Source of the DNA: Aquificaceae bacterium
Lineage (GTDB): Bacteria > Aquificota > Aquificia > Aquificales > Aquificaceae
Assembly (NCBI GenBank): GCA_037925365.1
Contig: JAXSNY010000001.1
Span: 1-63,699 of the forward strand
Reading direction: 5' to 3'
DNA: 63,699 nt
A program made the translations under genes and the position numbers. Below, one piece after another: positions 59,091-63,699 of this stretch; position 1 is the stretch's first letter; each line of letters starts with the position of its first letter. The notes under the pieces were generated by a model. That model made no database searches. It had not been told where the DNA came from and worked only from the letters and a program-made list of their open reading frames with translations.

Positions 59091-60278
59091 ATGGTTTTCC
59101 TAAGCTTGGTGGGAGTAGAAAAAAGTGAAGTTAAAAAGCATTTTGTTAGACATGGTTTTATCTTTGCTTGCACTGACAAGAGCGAGGAAACACTATTGTC
59201 TAATAGGATAATCTTGACTGGAAAAAACTACGCAAATAAGTTATTCGCAGTTAAAGAAGGCGACTTTATTTTTCTGTATAATCTTGACAGAGATGTCCTT
59301 TATGGCACTTTTACTGCAAAAGGCGAACCTGGATATGATAAAGGTATTCCAATCTTTGAAGGTAGATACCCTTACTATATACGCTTTGAAACAACACAAA
59401 CCATAAAAAAAGTTGAAAAGGCAAGTTCAATCTTTAGAAGTCTTAACATCTCGTGGAGAGATATACTGACAGAGAAGGGGGCACTTCTGATAAAGAATAT
59501 CCTTGAGGGAAGAGCAATAAATAAGCTTCGCAAGGAAGAAATAATAGATGACAAATACATACCCCCAATGATGACAACTACCTTGTGGGACTATCCATAC
59601 CAAAGTTACGGATATACCAAAAAGGGTAATAATAAATACCCTGGCGTTACTCCAGCCTTCATTATTTATAACCTCATATGGAGATACACTGAACCTGGTG
59701 AGATAGTATGCGACCCTATGGCAGGCTCTGGGACTACGGTAGATGTGTGCCTTGAAGAGAGGAGAAGGGTTGTAGCCTTTGATATAGTGCCAACGAGAAA
59801 AGATATAATACAGGCGGATGCCAGAAACATACCTCTGAAGGATGAAACGGTGGATTTAGTGTTTGTAGACTCGCCATACGGAGACAACATCAAATATAAC
59901 GACCATCCCTTAAATATAGGTCATATACCTGCAAGTTCTGAAGAGTTTTACGAGGAGCTTGAAAAGGTAATGCAGGAATGTCATAGAATACTCAAAAAAG
60001 GCAAAGTATTGGCTTGGTTAATAGGTGACCAATGGGCAAAGGGGGAATATATTCCAGTGGGCTTTAAGATATACGAAAGACTTACAAAATATTTTTCCCC
60101 TGTTGACGTAATTTCTGTTGTCCGCAGAAATCAAGCCTCAAATACCCCCTTTTGGCATAGCAAGGCTTTACAGCATAACTTCTATCTAAGGGGTTTTAAA
60201 TACCTTATAATAGTTAAAAAGGAAGAAAATTTTAAAAGAAAAGAGGTGAAGATAAGGTGGAATTTCTATGAAAGATAG
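59091..60278 (+). CDS. DNA amino-methyltransferase (probably N4-cytosine) with an N-terminal DCD-like domain
   Basis: Motif I DPMAGSGTT, motif IV DSPY; N-terminal GFIFAC...FLYN....LYG.F.A...RYP..IRF. Confidence 0.85.
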   Translation: MVFLSLVGVEKSEVKKHFVRHGFIFACTDKSEETLLSNRIILTGKNYANKLFAVKEGDFIFLYNLDRDVLYGTFTAKGEPGYDKGIPIFEGRYPYYIRFETTQTIKKVEKASSIFRSLNISWRDILTEKGALLIKNILEGRAINKLRKEEIIDDKYIPPMMTTTLWDYPYQSYGYTKKGNNKYPGVTPAFIIYNLIWRYTEPGEIVCDPMAGSGTTVDVCLEERRRVVAFDIVPTRKDIIQADARNIPLKDETVDLVFVDSPYGDNIKYNDHPLNIGHIPASSEEFYEELEKVMQECHRILKKGKVLAWLIGDQWAKGEYIPVGFKIYERLTKYFSPVDVISVVRRNQASNTPFWHSKALQHNFYLRGFKYLIIVKKEENFKRKEVKIRWNFYER

Positions 60279-60957
60279 TAAAAAGGTTTTTCTTAAGGCT
60301 TTAAAATTGAAAGCTATAGAAGATGTAAAACTAAAAGGCATAGAAAACCTTTCTGATGTTCTTGAAACTATAAGGCAAGAGTTCTCTAAGGAGATAACTA
60401 AGTTTGGTATAAGAGATGCAGAGCAAAGCTGGAAAGCCTTCAAAGGTAAACTTCTTGAAGAGTTAATAGTGGAAGTTATGAGTTCTGAAGTTAAAAAACA
60501 TGGTCTAAATATAATAAGTGGTTCAAAGTTAAGTGGTATAGTATTAGATGAGTGTCTATGCATGGTGAAAAGGAGTATACTTGTTGATTATGGTGAGTTT
60601 GGGATGCATGTTCCAGATGCTGATTTAGTTATATACAATAAGAATTGCAGGGCTTTAGCAATAATATCCGTAAAAGCTACCTTAAGGGAAAGAATAGCTC
60701 AAACAGGTTATTGGTCTTTGAAGTTGAAACAATCAAAGCTCACGCAAAATATAAAAGTTTTTTTTATAACGCTTGATGAAGATAGGGACCTCTCGAGAAA
60801 AAGGTTTGCAAAAAAGGGTAGGGCTATAGTTGAAGTAGATATGGACGGAGCTTTCGTAATAACCACAGAGCGGATTGAAGAAAGTGAGAAAGTCATGCCT
60901 TTTGAAAAGTTTAGAAGGATAATAGAAAAACTTGGTAGGGTTGACAAGGATGAGTAA
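60268..60957 (+). CDS. Type II restriction endonuclease, BsaWI/CCGG-family-like
   Basis: [34 protein letters not shown]; overlaps the methyltransferase gene. Confidence 0.8.
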   Translation: MKDSKKVFLKALKLKAIEDVKLKGIENLSDVLETIRQEFSKEITKFGIRDAEQSWKAFKGKLLEELIVEVMSSEVKKHGLNIISGSKLSGIVLDECLCMVKRSILVDYGEFGMHVPDADLVIYNKNCRALAIISVKATLRERIAQTGYWSLKLKQSKLTQNIKVFFITLDEDRDLSRKRFAKKGRAIVEVDMDGAFVITTERIEESEKVMPFEKFRRIIEKLGRVDKDE

Positions 60958-61870
60958 GAATACACTTCGCATAGGCACACGAAAGAGCAAGTTGGCTCTT
61001 TGGCAGGCAAACTATGTAAAGGAGAAACTTGAGAGCAGGGGCTACGGGGTTGAGCTAGTGCTTATCACTACCACCGGCGATAAAATCCTTGACGCACCTT
61101 TGGCAAAAATAGGAGGCAAAGGACTTTTTGTAAAAGAGATAGAGGAGGCACTTCTGAGGGGAGATATAGACCTTGCGGTTCACTCTTTAAAGGATGTGCC
61201 AATGGTTCTGCCAGAGGGTCTCACTCTTGGAGCTATAACGGAGAGGGAAGAGCCTTTTGATGTGCTCATATCAAGGGATGGGAGAGGACTTCAAGAGCTT
61301 CCAGAGGGTGCAAAGGTAGGCACTTCCTCTCTGAGGAGACAGGTTCAGATAAAAAGAAAAAGACCAGACTTGAGGGTGGAGATCCTTCGCGGAAATGTGG
61401 ATACGAGGCTCAGAAAACTGGAGGAAGGACTTTATGACGCCATAGTGCTTGCTTACGCAGGTGTTAAGAGAATGGGATTTGAGGAAAGGGTAAGCCAAGT
61501 ATTGGAAGACTTTATTCCTGCAGTGGGTCAAGGAAGCCTCGCCATAGAGATAAGGCAAGAAGACCAAAGGGTGTATGAGGCTATAGCCTTTCTTGACCAT
61601 AGAGAAAGTCGTATTAGGGCGGAGTGTGAAAGGGCTTTTCTGAGAGAACTTCAAGGTGGTTGCCAAGTGCCTATAGGTGCCTATGCGTGGATTGAAGGCG
61701 AGAAATTAAAGCTAAAAGCCTTTATTTCTGACCTTGAAGGAAGGAGGTTTTTAGAGGGAATAGAAGAAGGAGACCTTCATCAAGCGGAGCAAGTAGGCAA
61801 AAAACTTGCCAAAAGGCTCTTAGAAGAAGGTGGCAAAGAGATACTTGAGGAAATATACCATCAAAGCTGA
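60950..61870 (+). CDS. hemC: Hydroxymethylbilane synthase
   Basis: [48 protein letters not shown]. Confidence 0.98.
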   Translation: MSKNTLRIGTRKSKLALWQANYVKEKLESRGYGVELVLITTTGDKILDAPLAKIGGKGLFVKEIEEALLRGDIDLAVHSLKDVPMVLPEGLTLGAITEREEPFDVLISRDGRGLQELPEGAKVGTSSLRRQVQIKRKRPDLRVEILRGNVDTRLRKLEEGLYDAIVLAYAGVKRMGFEERVSQVLEDFIPAVGQGSLAIEIRQEDQRVYEAIAFLDHRESRIRAECERAFLRELQGGCQVPIGAYAWIEGEKLKLKAFISDLEGRRFLEGIEEGDLHQAEQVGKKLAKRLLEEGGKEILEEIYHQS

Positions 61871-62190
61871 CCTTCAAGCTCCTTTTTGTAGACCTTCCAC
61901 CTTGCAGGGCTAAGACTTGAGGAACATCCAAGAGAAGATAGGTCATAGACCTTTATTGCCCGAGGGTTGTCTGGAGTGCTTACAAAGAAGAAGGTTGTGC
62001 CTGCGGGTATATGCCTACTTTCTTGCTTCCAGACCTTTACCATATTGACCAGCTCAAGGAGTTTTTTCTTAACTTCCCTTGCAGACAGCTCTTCCCTATT
62101 GCCATTCTCTTCATAAAGCCATTCACCATCTGTTATCCTCTCTACTATTTCAAGCATCCTATCCTCAAAAGGTATGCCATAGAATCTCAT
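61861..62190 (-). CDS. Hypothetical protein
   Basis: 109-aa ORF with SD GAGGAGG and typical codon usage; no recognised motif. Confidence 0.65.
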   Translation of the reverse strand: MRFYGIPFEDRMLEIVERITDGEWLYEENGNREELSAREVKKKLLELVNMVKVWKQESRHIPAGTTFFFVSTPDNPRAIKVYDLSSLGCSSSLSPARWKVYKKELEGQL

Positions 62191-62588
62191 ATCAAAGCCT
62201 CCTCAAGCTTTATATCTACCTTACATTCTTCAAAGTTGAAGCTTCTGTCCCTTTTCTCTCTATATTTACCTTCAACAAGTTCAAAGACCTTTAACCATCT
62301 TCTCATCAGGATAAACAAGCACAAAATATTTCACCTTTTCTCTTTCACACAGTTCAAACTTAAGCCCTTCATCCATATGTCTACTGGAGAGCGAAACTAT
62401 CTCAATAACCATTCGCAATCCCCTAAAGTGCTATATAGTAGGTGTCCGAGTTTTATGAGTGTAATTTGATTAATAGGTCTTGGCGAGGCCATAGCATAAG
62501 GGATGCCTTGCACCAGTTCCCAGTCTCCCTGCCAGTGCTTCCAATCTTCTATGGTGTATCTTACTGGATATTTCTCAGTCAAACCCAC
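62187..62588 (-). pseudogene. Uma2 family endonuclease pseudogene
   Basis: N-terminus YTIEDW..W.GDWELV.G.PYAMASP; continues in other frames as MVIEIVSLSS..MD...KF.L.E...VKYF.LVYP and KVFELVEGKY...EEALI*; central PD segment is missing. Confidence 0.8.
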
Positions 62589-63571
62589 TATAGTTCACCC
62601 TTGTTTATGAGTTGTGCTATATCTTTTGCAAAGTAGGTGATTATCATATCCGCACCAGCACGCTTTATGGAAAGTAGGGTTTCTATCATCACCTTCTTTT
62701 CGTCTATCCAGCCAAGTTTGCTAGCTGCCTTTATCATGGCATATTCACCACTTACATTGTAAGCACACACTGGCAGGAAAGTGTGTTCTTTTACTTTTGC
62801 TATTATATCAAGGTAAGCTAAAGCCGGTTTTACCATTACAATGTCTGCACCCTCTTGCACATCCAAAAGTATCTCTTTAATGGCTTCTCTTGAGTTTGCT
62901 GGATCCATCTGGTAGCTTCTTCTATCTCCAAAAGCTGGTGCGGATTCAGCTATATCCCTAAAGGGTCCATAAAAGGCAGAAGCATACTTGGCGGAATATG
63001 CCATTATAGGAATGTGTTCAAAGCCCGAGGAATCTAAGGCTTCTCTTATAGCCCTTACCATACCATCCATCATGCCAGAGGGTGCAAGCATGTCCGCACC
63101 ATTTTTGGCATGCGATATGGCTTGCTTCTTGAGGTTTTCAAGGGTCAGGTCGTTATGAACATCTCCATTACACAACACCCCACAGTGCCCGTGCGTTGTA
63201 TACTCACAAAAGCACACATCGGTTATAAGATACATATCTGGCACTTCCTTCTTTATGAGCCTTAAAGCCCTTTGTATAATGCCCTCATCACTCCAAGTGT
63301 CTGAGCCTACCTCATCCTTGTACTCTGGTATGCCAAAGAGTATTATGGCAGGTATACCAAGGTCTCTTACCTCTTTTACTGCATCCACTACCTTGTCAAG
63401 GCTGTAGCGGTAAACCCCGGGCATGCTTGGGACTTCTTCTACAATGCCTTGACCATATCGCACGAAGATGGGGCATATAAGGTCGTCAAGGCTCAGCTTG
63501 GTTTCTCTTATAAGCCTTCGGATATTTTCCTTCCTTCTTAATCTCCTTGGTCTTAGCTTTGGAAATTCCAT
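62588..63571 (-). CDS. hemB: Porphobilinogen synthase (ALA dehydratase)
   Basis: [47 protein letters not shown]. Confidence 0.98.
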   Translation of the reverse strand: MEFPKLRPRRLRRKENIRRLIRETKLSLDDLICPIFVRYGQGIVEEVPSMPGVYRYSLDKVVDAVKEVRDLGIPAIILFGIPEYKDEVGSDTWSDEGIIQRALRLIKKEVPDMYLITDVCFCEYTTHGHCGVLCNGDVHNDLTLENLKKQAISHAKNGADMLAPSGMMDGMVRAIREALDSSGFEHIPIMAYSAKYASAFYGPFRDIAESAPAFGDRRSYQMDPANSREAIKEILLDVQEGADIVMVKPALAYLDIIAKVKEHTFLPVCAYNVSGEYAMIKAASKLGWIDEKKVMIETLLSIKRAGADMIITYFAKDIAQLINKGEL

Positions 63572-63699
63572 GGGAATATAATATACTTCCCCATAAGCGT
63601 TTTTGCTGCAGACACCTCTGACGGTTATCTCATCTCTACCCACAGGCACTTTTCTAAGGCTGCAAAGCGTTTGAGCAGGTTGTCCACCTGTGGGCGTGT

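Noticed and set aside
264-62636. Numerous 60-170 aa ORFs antisense to or nested in housekeeping genes
   Set aside because: Shadow ORFs with no recognisable motifs, fully overlapping well-supported genes.
26977-63649. Longest-ORF starts for bamA, aroK, dsbC, the DNA methyltransferase, hemC and hemB
   Set aside because: The extensions overlap upstream genes or lack homologous character; downstream starts have an SD or -10 box and family-typical N-termini.
63584-63699. Possible 3' end of another minus-strand gene (..[24 protein letters not shown])
   Set aside because: Too short at the window edge and the frame is ambiguous.

Overview
A gene-dense bacterial chromosomal segment, most likely from the Aquificaceae (Hydrogenobacter/Thermocrinis-like). 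That placement is inferred from the sucCD-fdx1-fdx2 cluster, scattered atpC and flagellar genes, and very short intergenic spacers. Most of the window is housekeeping: pyrD, relA/spoT, mreBCD-mrdA, murD, sucCD, two tandem ferredoxins, atpC, lplA, flgKL, dnaK, purM/purQ/purS, bamA, thiD, acpS, aroK, dsbC, bioF, flgDE, lpxA, glmU, aspS, hemC, hemB and two tRNAs. Accessory content: (1) a decayed patch at about 0.5-1.2 kb, followed by a beta-helix surface lipoprotein whose signal peptide is cut off by one in-frame UGA; (2) an AT-rich Pel exopolysaccharide cluster of about 12 kb, divergently arranged and with PelB apparently split into two genes; (3) an unexplained, highly structured RNA-like element of about 220 nt with its own sigma70 promoter upstream of cinA/pncC; (4) a type II restriction-modification pair inserted between aspS and hemC, whose methyltransferase carries an N-terminal DCD-like domain; (5) a Uma2 endonuclease pseudogene. 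Many genes appear to be leaderless. No CRISPR array, rRNA or intact transposase was seen. All calls come from reading motifs by eye; no database searches were run.
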